A stretch of 59,934 nucleotides of DNA, the filler included. It is 3 parts of 3 records of this genome, joined end to end, with 100 filler letters (N's around TTAATTAATTAA, not from the genome) between each part and the next. Parts side by side here need not be neighbours in the genome. Positions count along the whole stretch, not along the records: positions 31,172 to 53,317 come from SRR22947725_805; 2 more parts are not named here. The stretch is one strand, 5' to 3'. A model generated the notes under the pieces. That model worked only from the letters and a program-made list of their open reading frames with translations, did no database searches and had not been told where the DNA came from. The translations under genes and the position numbers were made by a program. How positions within the stretch are numbered: the stretch's first letter is position 1; every line of letters starts with the position of its first letter. This document shows, in pieces, positions 42,501 to 53,417 of this stretch.

Positions 42501-43232
42501 CGTTCTCAACGAGATCCCCGACGGTGCGCCGCAGGTTCCCCCGAGGACACCCTGCACGCGGAGGGTTCCCCTCCTTCCCCATGGGATTCAGACCCGCGTG
42601 CTGCACCAGCAGGATGGCGTCGATCCCAATCGCCTCAAAAAACTCCCCCACGCGGCACAGGATGACCTTGTCCTGGCGGACGAGCAAACGACGAGTAAAC
42701 GACGAGTAAACGACGAGCAAAAAATGAGCTAGCAGACGCGCGTTCGAGAGGGCACGGTCTCATCAGGGCACGGGACCTCGAGAGCGCCAGGGCCCACGAG
42801 TGAATGGGACCCCCGCCTGGCGAGCTTGATACATACCGGGTGCTGTAGTTTGGTCTCATAGAAGAAGGAATACGACGGTGGCCTCGCGGGCAGCGGCGCC
42901 CCATCGTCACATCTCGCCTTTGTGCGGCCCCTTCCGCTCAGGGGAAGGCCCAGCCCCAGCGGGACGGACGTATCGACAAACTGCAGCAACCGCTTTGCCG
43001 ACGGCCTGTCGACCGACTGGAGCACATCATCCCAATACTGCTTGTGGCTCGCAGACTTGTCAGACGTCCATCCCTTGACAGCCTGTACGGCTGGAGTGAT
43101 GTGGAGCGCACGACGAGACCGGCCACCGTCCTTTCCTGGCACGGCGACCGAGCGAAGAAGTCCTCCAAACCGGAACCGCGGTGGCCCGATGCTCGAGCTC
43201 GCACCCCTCGCGAGCTCGACAAGCATTGCCAT
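39573..43232 (-). CDS. MSH1: Organellar MutS homolog 1 with C-terminal GIY-YIG domain; join(43232-42837, 42672-42013, 41897-39573), 1126 aa
   Basis: LCRVGEFFEAIGIDA..LVQHAGLNP and PRAGCP..NLR (domain I); TGPNMAGKST, SSFAVEM and DELGKGT (ATPase); SCVY...FYVG (GIY-YIG). Two phase-0 introns join three track ORFs in frame. Confidence 0.92.
41898..42012 (-). other. MSH1 intron 2 (115 nt) containing an 8-nt periodic ACTCAC array
   Basis: CTG|GTGCGT ... GACAG|GGG; removing it restores the frame. Confidence 0.8.
42673..42836 (-). other. MSH1 intron 1 (164 nt) containing an 11-nt tandem repeat
   Basis: CCG|GTATGT ... CGCCAG|GAC; removing it gives KLQHP-DKVILCRVGEF. Confidence 0.8.
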
Positions 43233-43474
43233 GTGTTGATATGGCTACGTATCGACCGCGAGGGCCTATGCTTCAAGAGAGAGAGAGATTCCCCGTTGGT
43301 TTCGGCACTTACAAAAAAGTGTGACTGCAGCCAGGTCGCTCTCTTTGACGCATTCATCCCCTCCACAGTTCACCCGTGGTTTCTAATACGCCTGTATCTA
43401 CCAGTACATATCGCGGAACGGTCCGAAACGCTGTATTCAGCTGTCGAGTCGCGATCGTAGTGTGAGTGACGAGA

Positions 43475-45655
43475 ATGGCTCCTCCCACGACCTCGATGTC
43501 CGTCGGCGCCGACGGTGTGGCGGTGCTCACACTGTCCAACCCACCCGTGAACGCGCTTCACCCGTCGGTTCTCGAGGCGCTGTTTCGCAACCTGCAGAGC
43601 GCGCAGGCCGACCCGGCGGTGCGGGCCATCGTCATCACCGGGGCGGGTTCCAATTTCTGTGCTGGGTTTGACATTAATCAGTTTCAGCAGGGGGGAAGCA
43701 ACGGTGGCATCGATAACGATGCTCTGAATTCGGCGTTTGTGAGCCTGCTGGAGGACGGTGCGAAGCCCTCCGTGGCGGCGATCGATGGGGTCGCGCTTGG
43801 GGGTGGCTGCGAGGTGGCGCTGGCGTGCAACGGCCGACTGGCCAGCGTGAAAGCGTCGATGGGGTTGCCCGAGCTGCAGCTTGGAATTATTCCCGGGTTT
43901 GGCGGGACGCAGAGGCTGCCTCGGGTGGTCGGGGTGACGAAAGGGGTGGAGATGATCCTGAAGAGTCAGCCCATCCGTGGGGGAAAGCAGCTGTTGGAAA
44001 GCGGGCTGGTGGACGCCGTCGTGGAGAGTGGATCGGATCTCCTGGCGCAGGCCAGACGGATGGCCATCAGTATCGCGGATGGCAAGGCGGCTCGCAATAA
44101 GTCGCTGTTCCGGACGGATCGCCTGGAGCCGTACGACCAGGCGGTGGCTGTATTGGACTTTGCCCGCGCTCAGGCCTCCAAGGTGGGGCTTCAGCACCCG
44201 CTGCTCTGCCTCGATGCGATTCAGCACGGGTTAGAGCATGGTGGTCTCGCGGGGCTCAAGAAGGAGGGAGAGAGCTTTGTGCGCGCTTCGTCACTGGACA
44301 CCCACAAGGCGCTGGTGCACATCTTCTTCGCCCAGCGCGCGACGAAAAAGGTTACAGGTGTTACAGACAAGGGGTTACGTCCGCGGACATTGAAGAAGAT
44401 TGCCGTCCTCGGGGGTGGGCTCATGGGCTCGGGGATCGCGACGGCCTGCGTGCTGACTGGACATCGGGTCATCATCAAGGAGATCAACGAGAAGTTCATG
44501 CAGGGCGGGCTGGATCGCGTGAAATCGAACATTATGTCGAGGGTTAAGAAGGGCAAGATGCGGAAGGAGGTAGCCGAGGGAGCTTTGGCACTGCTGTCGG
44601 GGACCACAACGTATGACGAGTTTAGGGACGTCGATATGGTGATTGAAGCGGTTATTGAGGACATCGGCTTGAAGCAGAAAATCTTCGTTGACCTGGAGAA
44701 GGCGTGTCCGAGGCACGCGATCCTGTCGACAAACACCTCGACGATCGACATCGAAGTCATCGGGGCCAAGGTGCCGCAGGCGCAGGACCGTATCGTCGGG
44801 GCCCACTTTTTCTCCCCCGCGCACGTCATGCCGCTCTTGGAGATTGTGCGATCATCGAAAACCTCGCCACAGGTCCTGCTGGACACCATCGCCTTCTCGT
44901 CCAAGATCAAGAAGACACCGGTGGTTGTTGGCAACTGCACCGGCTTTGCCGTCAACCGCGTCTTCTTTCCGTACACGCAGGCGGCCTGTCTGCTTGTGGA
45001 CATGGGATTGGATCCGTACATGGTTGACAAGGTCATTGCCGGGTTCGGGATGCCCATGGGACCGTTCCGGCTTAGCGATCTGGTCGGTGCCGACATCGGA
45101 CTGCACGTGGGAAAGAATTTCCTCGACTCGTTCCCCGAGCGTTGCTACCCGGCACGCATTATTCTGCTGTTGAATGAGCACAAACGTCTCGGAGAAAAAA
45201 CAGGATCCGGGTTTTACAAGTTTGGCCCGGGGAGGAAGGCCGGGCCGGACCCAGCGCTCGCCGACATCTTGCGGGCGAGCCGCGAGGGCGCCGACCTGAT
45301 GGACGTCGCCAAGCAGCTCACAGCCGGCATGTCCAGTAAAGATATTGCAGAATTCATCATGTTCCCGGTCGTCAACGAGGGATGTAGGGTTGTAGCGGAG
45401 GGCATCGTGGACAAGCCGGCCGACCTGGACATTGCCAGCGTGATGTCAATGGGGTTCCCGGCGGCGCGAGGTGGCCTCATTTTCTGGGCCGATCTGTGTG
45501 GAGCCAAGTATATTGCGGACCGCCTACAGTCCTGGGCGAACGCGCTCAGGCCCAAGGGGCTGGCAGGGTTCTTTGAACCATGCGACTACCTCAAGGCCTG
45601 CGCCTCGTCTGGCACCAAGCTGAGCGCCGGCGTCGGCGCGATGTCTCGACTCTAA
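43475..45655 (+). CDS. Peroxisomal fatty-acid beta-oxidation multifunctional protein (MFP2/AIM1 family)
   Basis: Enoyl-CoA hydratase (NPPVNAL, ALGGGCE, GLPE..LG..PG.GGTQRL) plus HAD domain (GGGLMGSG, HFFSP). Ends in the PTS1 signal SRL. Confidence 0.95.
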   Translation: MAPPTTSMSVGADGVAVLTLSNPPVNALHPSVLEALFRNLQSAQADPAVRAIVITGAGSNFCAGFDINQFQQGGSNGGIDNDALNSAFVSLLEDGAKPSVAAIDGVALGGGCEVALACNGRLASVKASMGLPELQLGIIPGFGGTQRLPRVVGVTKGVEMILKSQPIRGGKQLLESGLVDAVVESGSDLLAQARRMAISIADGKAARNKSLFRTDRLEPYDQAVAVLDFARAQASKVGLQHPLLCLDAIQHGLEHGGLAGLKKEGESFVRASSLDTHKALVHIFFAQRATKKVTGVTDKGLRPRTLKKIAVLGGGLMGSGIATACVLTGHRVIIKEINEKFMQGGLDRVKSNIMSRVKKGKMRKEVAEGALALLSGTTTYDEFRDVDMVIEAVIEDIGLKQKIFVDLEKACPRHAILSTNTSTIDIEVIGAKVPQAQDRIVGAHFFSPAHVMPLLEIVRSSKTSPQVLLDTIAFSSKIKKTPVVVGNCTGFAVNRVFFPYTQAACLLVDMGLDPYMVDKVIAGFGMPMGPFRLSDLVGADIGLHVGKNFLDSFPERCYPARIILLLNEHKRLGEKTGSGFYKFGPGRKAGPDPALADILRASREGADLMDVAKQLTAGMSSKDIAEFIMFPVVNEGCRVVAEGIVDKPADLDIASVMSMGFPAARGGLIFWADLCGAKYIADRLQSWANALRPKGLAGFFEPCDYLKACASSGTKLSAGVGAMSRL

Positions 45656-45733
45656 TACGGATGGAATGTAGAGATATGACACAAAAGAAAACGATTCATT
45701 CACCGACCCCCACGAACGCCTCCTCTGAGGGCA

Positions 45734-46766
45734 TCAGGCGTCATCATCGGCGCCCTCTGACGGGGATCCGCCAAACGACAGGCTCTGCAGCGCACTCTGC
45801 GCACTCAGATACTTGAGCGTGTTCTCCAACAGCTCTTTTTCCACCTTGAGCCGGTTGAGACTCGAGTTCTCCTCCAAGATTGCCTGCTGCTGGATCGGAG
45901 ACCCAGCGAACAAACTCGCAATCCAAAAGCTCAAGTCCCTGCTGCTGAGCGTCTCCAGCTCTTTCGGCTCCAAAAGCTCCGGATCCGCGTCTGGGATATC
46001 CTTCAGCTTGGTGCTGATCTTGACCACGTCCCGGAACAGCTGTGCCACCTCATCCCTGAGCTCCTTCGCTTCTGCCTCGTACGCATCCGTGCCCGGCTCC
46101 TCATCCTCCAGGTATTCCACCTCGCACACCAAGATCGGCTTTTCCTCGACCACGTCCTTTATCCTAAAACGCTCCCGACCGACGTTCTCAATCAGCATCC
46201 GCCCATCGTCCATCGTCGAGTGCTCCCGAATCTCCAACACCGTCCCAATCGACGCCAGACCTCCCGCCTGCTGGTCGTAATACGCCATACCGAACCGACG
46301 AGTCCCCTTCCATGGCTTGTCGTCCGCCACCAAACCCTGATCGATCGTCGCATCCCCGTCCAATAGCGTGCTGAACAGCACCCGATAGCGTGCCTCTGTA
46401 CCGTGACGTGGAGCGATAGCGCAAGTGAGCCGCGTCTTGCCCGGATGTTTCGGATGTTTCGGGTGTTCCGGGTTGACCGAGAGGGAGTGGCGACGTATGG
46501 ACACGGTCGTCGGGCGCCGTCGCCCGAGACCTCCAAAGTCCACCCACGAACAGACAGAAACTCCAACGCAAGCGAGGTAACGTACCGAAGATATGCAGCG
46601 GGCACTGAGATGCCGGTAAAGCGACCATGCCGAGCGGGAAAATGGGCAAGAGCTCACTGCTGGCCCGGCACCGCTGCTGTGTGGCCCTAATTCCTTGGGC
46701 CCGTCCAAAATTCCGCTGCCTCAAGCAAAACTGGGAGGCATGGAGCCGTGACGACATTGTCGCCAT
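45734..46766 (-). CDS. Lon peptidase N-terminal (substrate-binding) domain protein, plastid-type; join(46766-46586, 46395-45734)
   Basis: LPIFPL...PLHIF|EARYR is restored by removing a 190-nt GTACGT...GCTCAC...ACAG intron. Also RRFG and G.ERFRI; transit-peptide-like N-terminus. Confidence 0.85.
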
Positions 46767-46868
46767 GATATTTATATTTAATGAATACTGCCGTGCAAGG
46801 TCGTACTACGAGGAGGAAGGAAATGTGGCCCAGAAGGTTTTTCTTCAGGAGAGGAGCTCGCCGGTCCT

Positions 46869-46901
46869 CCTGTACAGGTGTCCGAACACCTGTACAGGTG
46901 T
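46869..46901. repeat. Perfect hairpin and palindrome in the intergenic region
   Basis: CCTGTACAGGTGT-CCGA-ACACCTGTACAGG forms a 13-bp stem (46869-46898). It overlaps the 16-bp palindrome ACACCTGTACAGGTGT (46886-46901). Confidence 0.9.
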
Positions 46902-46913
46902 GCGTCCGGCGGT

Positions 46914-48726
46914 CTAATCCTCCCGTTCGTTGAGGGCATCGTAGCATGCGTCCATGTCATACCCTTTCGACGACGGCGACCTGGTCGCTTTTGGAGTCGG
47001 CGGCATCCTCGGTACGGCGGCAGCCTTGACCTGTCCGGCACGCTCACTGCCAGTGTCGTCAGGCTGGGTCTCCACGTGCTGATACTGTACACCGGTCATC
47101 TCATCCGGATTTCCACCACGAAGTAGGTGCTTCGGAACAAACGTCTTGCCCACAATCATGCTATTGTCGCTCCCGCCCCCGCCACCCCCGCTGACAGCCA
47201 TGTCGCGGATGTTCTCCTTGTTGAAGGTGATCCGGAACGAATGTACGTCCTCCGTCTCGCTGAGAATCTTCCCAGATCTCATGTCGACCTGCCTCGGGAC
47301 GAGTCGCTCCTCCACAAAATGGGCGACGTTGAACCCTCGGTCAGTCAGGATGTCAATCAGCATGTCCACGGCAAGGTGCGACCTCAGCAGCAGCGGGTGT
47401 CGCGACCTATACTCTGCGTGTCCAGCCATACTGCACTGTTTCAGGACAGGCATCACCTCAGTATCAATCAGGCTGATGATGTCCGTGAACATCCGGTAAT
47501 GGCGCCGGCAGTCTGGTGCGTGGAGGCGAGTGTGGAAGGAGTGAGGGTGGGCGCTCAGTAGGGAAATCCGAAAGGGCACAAGCACCACCGCCTCAATACG
47601 TACACATGTCCAAGCGAAACACAAGGCGCTGCCGCGCCACCCTGACCAGGTCCCTGGCCAGGGGCAAGTGTCGGATGCTCGCGTAGGTCTTTTCGTCCAG
47701 ATCCAAGCTCGACTGGTAGCGGAGCTCGCGGTTGATCTGTGCCCGGCAGTCCTGGAGGCTTCCCATCGCATCGATCAGGGAGAAGGGAAAGTATGACTTG
47801 AGGCGCAGGATGGTGTTGTAATGGCTCTTGAAGACCTGGTACCGGCGCTTGCACAGCGCCTGATTCACGTCCGTCGCACGCACGTTCCACACATCCCCCG
47901 TGCCCGCGTCCTTCACCCGCTCATTATGTAAACTTGTCAGCTCGGCCCGTTTCATCTGTCGCCTAACACTCTCTGCCTCGTCCACGTACAGGATCACCAC
48001 CTTGAAACTCGGCCTCGGACTCCGCCACTCGTCTGCATCCGGGTCCTCCGCAAACCGCAGGTGCCGTTCCATCAACTTGTCGTACAGCAGCTTGACAAAG
48101 TCTACCTGCGTCGCCGTCCGAGGAAAGCCGTCGATGACCACGCCGTGTCCGTCGTTCATCTCCGGGTTGAGAATGGAATCCAGAAGCGCATCGAGCACCA
48201 TGGCATCCGGCACCAACTCCCCGCGATCCACGAAAGATTTGATCTCTGGAGAATTCAGCAGCTGCGACATCCCCACCGAGCGGGAGAGGCCCCGCGAGCG
48301 CATTATGAACGGCACATTCGTCCCCTTGCCGGAACCGGGCGCGCCGTTGAGCCAGACGATTTCCCGCGGGCTCACATACTTGCCACCAAATCGGTCCTCC
48401 ATCGCCTTCCAAGAGGCGTCGAACACCAGCTGAGCTTTGAGAGACGTCTGTTCCAGGGCGCTGAGCGTGCTCCCCGGCACCGGGGTCTCTTCCTTCTTTG
48501 ACGCCAGGGCCGTCGACAGAGGGATCCCTGCGCTGGAACTCGCCTGGCCCTCGATCCCATGATTCTCCTCCCCCCGCCCGCTCTCATCCCCGCTGTTTCC
48601 ATTCTCGCTGCGCTCGTTCACGGCGTGCTGAAACCTTGGCTGGCTGGCCGCGTCCCAAATCCCTCCACCCAACGCCGTGACCGCTCGTCTCTGGTGGAGC
48701 GTCCGCCGAAGAATACCAAGTGCCAT
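46914..48726 (-). CDS. Adenylate kinase-like protein with a long C-terminal extension; join(48726-47604, 47512-46914)
   Basis: P-loop NGAPGSGKGT, GELVPD and IDGFPRT..Q. A 91-nt intron (T|GTACGT...CCAG|AC) joins two track ORFs in frame. The N-terminus looks like a presequence. Confidence 0.8.
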
Positions 48727-48978
48727 GCTACAAATAAAGATATATGATACGGTGTCCACGAAGCGACGCCCCGCGTTTGCCTCTCCGTCGCGGTGCGGTC
48801 AAAACAGAATATTTTCGGTTTGGCCGCTGACGCCCTCCCTTTCGCTATTCGGTGTTGGGGCTGCCAGATACGTGGCGTACTCTCGTATTCATACCTTTCT
48901 GCGTGCATGCGCGGGCGAGGCGAGCAGGGCAGCCGTACACGCGAGCGGTGAGGAGCGTTGAGGAGCTCCGTCCCAGCC

Positions 48979-51900
48979 ATGCAGTCAGGATGCACCATCG
49001 ACGTCTCTGCCGGGCTGTTGGAGCGGATCCGTGCCGCGTGGCGGTTGGATGAGGGCGTGTGTGGGTCTGATATGGACACAGAGGAGGCTCCTCACGGTTC
49101 ACAAACCCTGCCGACCGCGTCGAGCGGCGACTGGATGGGAGCGCAGCTCGGGGAGGCCCTGGTTCTGACCATGGAGGAGCTGGAGAGCCAGGGCTTTCAG
49201 CCTGCGTGCGTGCAATCGGCGGTTCTCTCAGTTCTTAGTCGGCTGGAATCCCGTCTGAATCGTCAAGAGGCCGTATGGGATCTATTTCACGACGAGCAGC
49301 GTGGGGGTGTTCGGCGGGGGGTGGCCGGTTTGGCCGGTATGTTGCGTGAGGCGGCGCTGAACTATCTATTGGCGAGGCTTGATCGCGATCAACTGCCCGA
49401 GTACTACGCGGGTACGAGCCGCATGGTGGACCAGGGGCGAGTGGTGTCGGTCGGGGCGCGCAAAAATCCGGTGGAAGGGCGTGCCTCGGAACAATCGGCC
49501 GAAGAGGTGCGGCGGGAACGAGATGCGCAGGAGGCACGGCGGAGACAGCAGGAGATCGAGGCACAAGAGGCTTCCAAGAGGCTTGAGGAGCTACATGCGC
49601 AGCAGGAGGCGGAAGAGGCTGCCCGGAGAAAGGCGTGGATCTTGCAGCAGGCGATGTCCAGCGAGGACGACAATGGTGATGATTGGGATGCCTCGGAGGA
49701 GGAAGCGAGTGGCGACAGTGATATCGAAGATTGGGAGCTATGGGGGTCGAGGGAGGAAATCTCCAAGAAGCGCGAGGAAAAGGCCAGGCGGGAGTTGCGG
49801 CGGGAGGACAAGTTGGTGTTGATTGCAAGGGAGATGCGAGGGGCAAAGGCGGGGGTGGCCAAGGCGAAGCGAGAGGGGGATAAGGCCGCCCTCAAGGGAT
49901 TTGGCGTCGTGATCGGGAGATTGCGACGGGAAATGGGGGAGTTGGGAATCAATGACGAGGAGCTGGATGCGGTCGAGGTCGATTATGAAGGCCAGTCGGA
50001 AGGCGCTGGCCAGTCTTCTTCCCCCTCGCCATTGCCGGAGTCGTCTCCGTCTTCGCCGTCATGCTCTTCTTCATCTTCAGGGGACGCGTTCGGTCTGGAC
50101 ATGTTCGAAGAGATGGGCGCATCGGAACCGGCGGATGCCACAAAGGTCAACCCCCTGTATGCGTGCATTGTGAGGCAGCTGACCGAGAGGCGAGCGGTGC
50201 AGGCCCCGGGGAAGGCGGCCGGGAATGGCAGGCACGGCGCCAAACAGCAGACCAAGCATCAATTGAAGGAAAATAAGAGGCGCATGGATGCTCGGAAACA
50301 CCCCAAGGCTCTGCTGCAGCAGCTGGCACAGCGGGAGGGGTGGGGGGCCCCGAGGTTTGAAAAGCTGCCGAGCGGTGGGGAGCGGAATCCACAGGGGGGC
50401 ATCCGCTTCCAGGCGTTGATCGACATAAAAGGATCATCTTCCAAGGCGAATAAGGCAAACACGCGTCTCGGCGTTCATCGTTTCGTCCTCTCTCCCGAGC
50501 TGGACGGCTGGAACACCGTCACCGAGGCGCAGGATGCCGTCTCGACAAAGGCGCTGATGGATCTGTTCGGGGCCTCGGCGGCACAGGCTGCGCTCGTTGA
50601 TTGGGATCTACTGAAGGCTCCATTTGATGACTTTGTCATGGAGGTGGCCCTTTGGGAGGGCGATTGCGGGTTGGCGGCAAAGGAGGACATGTCAAGGGCC
50701 CGCAGCGAGTTCGTTGCTCGGGCGCTCTCCGCGTCGAGACTTCGTCTCGCGTGCTCGTTTGAAGGCGATGGTGCAAGGGAAGCCCTGAAACAGCAGCATG
50801 CCGTGATGGATGAGGCGATGACGCGTGCCATGGCGCAGAGGAAGGACCAGCTGGCACGCCCTAGCGTCTCCGCACAAAGTGAGGCCCTAGCCTCCGAGTT
50901 CCGCGACTGGAATTCGTCAGATATCGGAAAATACTGGAGAGAAAAGCGCGACGGGCTGCCAGTGACCCAGATCCGGGACGAGCTACTGCGGGTCCTTGGG
51001 GTTCACGACGTCGTCCTGGTCAGCGGGGAGACCGGAAGCGGAAAGACGACCCAGGTGCCGCAGATGCTCTTGGACGGTTGTCTTGAAACTTTTCGAGGGG
51101 CGCAATGCAGCATTGTATGCACTCAGCCCCGTCGTATCGCGGCCATCAGTGTCGCAGACCGGGTGTCGGAAGAGCGAGGCGAGGCTGGCCCGGGCAAAAA
51201 GGGATCGGCGGTTGGGTACTCGGTAAGGTTTGACTCGGCAACCAATGCGACAACCAGGCTGGAGTTTTGCACGACAGGCATCCTACTTCGGAGACTTTCA
51301 TCGGACCCAGCTTTGCTCAAGCTCTCACATGTGGTCGTGGATGAGGTCCATGAGCGCACCATGCAGAGTGACTTTCTGATCGCGATGCTACGCGACCTGG
51401 TAGGGAAACGGCGTCGAGCAGGCTTGCCCCTGAAGGTGATCCTCATGTCTGCCACGATGAACACGGAGGTCATCGCCGACTACTTTGCTGGGTGCCCTGT
51501 GCTTGGCGCGTCGGGGCGGACGTTCCCCGTCCAGCATCTGTTCCTTGAGGACGTGTACGAGGCCACGGGATACGTACTGGACGCCGAGTCTTCGGCCAGC
51601 CTCAGGGACTATCAGTCGCTGCGGGACGGCCAGAAGAAGCTCGAGAACTCGGCTGGCTCCAAGAACAAGGCCCTGCTCAAGTCAAATTGGGGTGACCAGA
51701 CCTCCGACGTGATCCTCAACCCCAACGTAGACGCCGCATCCTTGGCTGCCATGCTTGACAACGACCAATACAGTCCGTCCACTGTGCGCAACATGTCCCG
51801 GGTCAATGAGGAGCGCATCGACATGGACCTGGTGGAGCACGTCGTCCTCCACATCCACAACACGCAGGACCCGGGCGCCATCCTCGTCTTCGTCCCGGGC

Positions 51901-53317
51901 ATGGCAGAAATCGACAGCCTAACGAGACGCCTTGTATCTCAAAGGTGCCTCAAGGGACATGTCGTGGTGCCTTTGCACAGTTCCATCTCGCCCAAGGACC
52001 AGAAGAGCGCCTTCAAGCTCCACGGTGACGGCGTTCGGAAGATTGTCATCAGCACCAATATCGCAGAGACGTCGGTGACCATTGAGGATGTCGTGTATGT
52101 CATAGATACCGGCAAGCACAAGGAGCGGCGGCACGACGCGTCGCGCTCCATGTCCATGCTCGTGGAGGACCTGGTGTCCGTCGCCAATGCCAATCAGCGC
52201 AAGGGTCGTGCGGGCCGCGTGCGGGAGGGCACCTGCTACGCCCTGTACACGCGACAATGTTACGAGAAGCGGATGAAGAAGTATCAAACCCCGGAGATCA
52301 TGCGCGTTCCCCTCGAGGAAATGATCCTGCAGATCCACCACCTGCGGCTCAGCTCCACTGCCGACGAATTCCTGGCCAAGGTGCTCCAGCCGCCGCACAA
52401 GAAAGCCGTCGAGGGTGCCACAGGCAACCTCATACAAGCCGGCGCCCTCACGAAAGCAGAAGAGCTCACGGCCCTCGGCAGCCATCTCGCGGCGCTGCCT
52501 GTCGACGTCAACATTGGTAAGATCCTCATCATGGGGGCGCTCCTGCAGTGCCTGTCGCCGGCCCTGAGCATCGCCGCCTGTCTTTCCCACAAGTCTCCAT
52601 TCGCGGCGTTCCAAGACAAGGAAGATATCAGGGCGGCCAGGGCGCCGTTCGTGTCCAAGGATCGCGATCCGAACCGTTCAGTCGCCGCCGGGCAGCAGTC
52701 GGACCACCTCGTGCTGGCTGCCGCCCTCCAGGGATGGATCGACGCCAAAGCCTCGGGTGGCATGTCCATGGCGTCAAAGTACGCGAAGAATCACCGGCTT
52801 TCCATCCCCAACGTGAACACCATCATGGACATGCGGGATCAGTTTGCCGGCATGCTCGAGTCGGCCGGGTTGGCCCAGCGTGGGGACGAGGCCCACGCGC
52901 CCGTCAAGGGACAAGGGTGCAAATGGTACGACGACGAGCACTGCCCCCAAAACACCCACAAGTCTTCTCCAGAGGTCATTCTGGCTGTGCTCGTCGCCTC
53001 CCTGTACCCGAGCATCGCGCTTGTGGACGAGGTCGTCCAGGGCTGTGCCCCGACGTGGCATGACGGGCAGGGATCCGTCAGCATCCATCCAACGTCCATG
53101 CTCTCGGACGTTTCAGCCGCAGCCTTGCTGCGGCCGTTCGTGGTATACAGCGAGAAAATGAAGACGAGCAGGGTATTTTTGCGCGACTGCAGCGTGGCCT
53201 CCCCGCTGCCCATCCTCCTGTTTGGGCGACAGGTGGTCGTGGACCACCGCTCGAGCGTCGTCGTCGTCGACGGGTGGATCAAACTTAGAGTCACCGGTCG
53301 CTGCTCGGCCCTACTCA
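48979..53317 (+). CDS. DEAH-box RNA helicase (DHX29/DHX57-like) with a dsRBD-like region; 3' end truncated at the contig edge
   Basis: GETGSGKTTQVPQ, CTQPRRIAA, DEVHER, MSAT, STNIAETS.TI and QRKGRAGR, followed by HA2 and OB domains. The 5' end may have an unseen upstream exon. Confidence 0.9.
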
Positions 53318-53417
53318 NNNNNNNNNNNNNNNNNNNNNNNNNNNNNNNNNNNNNNNNNNNNTTAATTAATTAANNNNNNNNNNNNNNNNNNNNNNNNNNN
53401 NNNNNNNNNNNNNNNNN
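53318..53417. other. Artificial contig-joining spacer (N44-TTAATTAATTAA-N44)
   Basis: Identical to the spacer at 31072; genes on both sides are truncated. Confidence 0.98.

Noticed and set aside
31116-53294. Numerous overlapping or antisense ORFs in the GC-rich segment (e.g. 32082-32774, 43370-44227, 44221-45096, 51919-52614)
   Set aside because: They are shadow frames expected from high GC and codon bias, have no recognisable domains, and overlap well-supported genes.
31072-53417. Eukaryote-to-bacterium horizontal transfer of a 22-kb GC-rich island
   Set aside because: Both borders are artificial N-linkers, the flanks belong to different bacterial phyla, and the genes retain spliceosomal introns.
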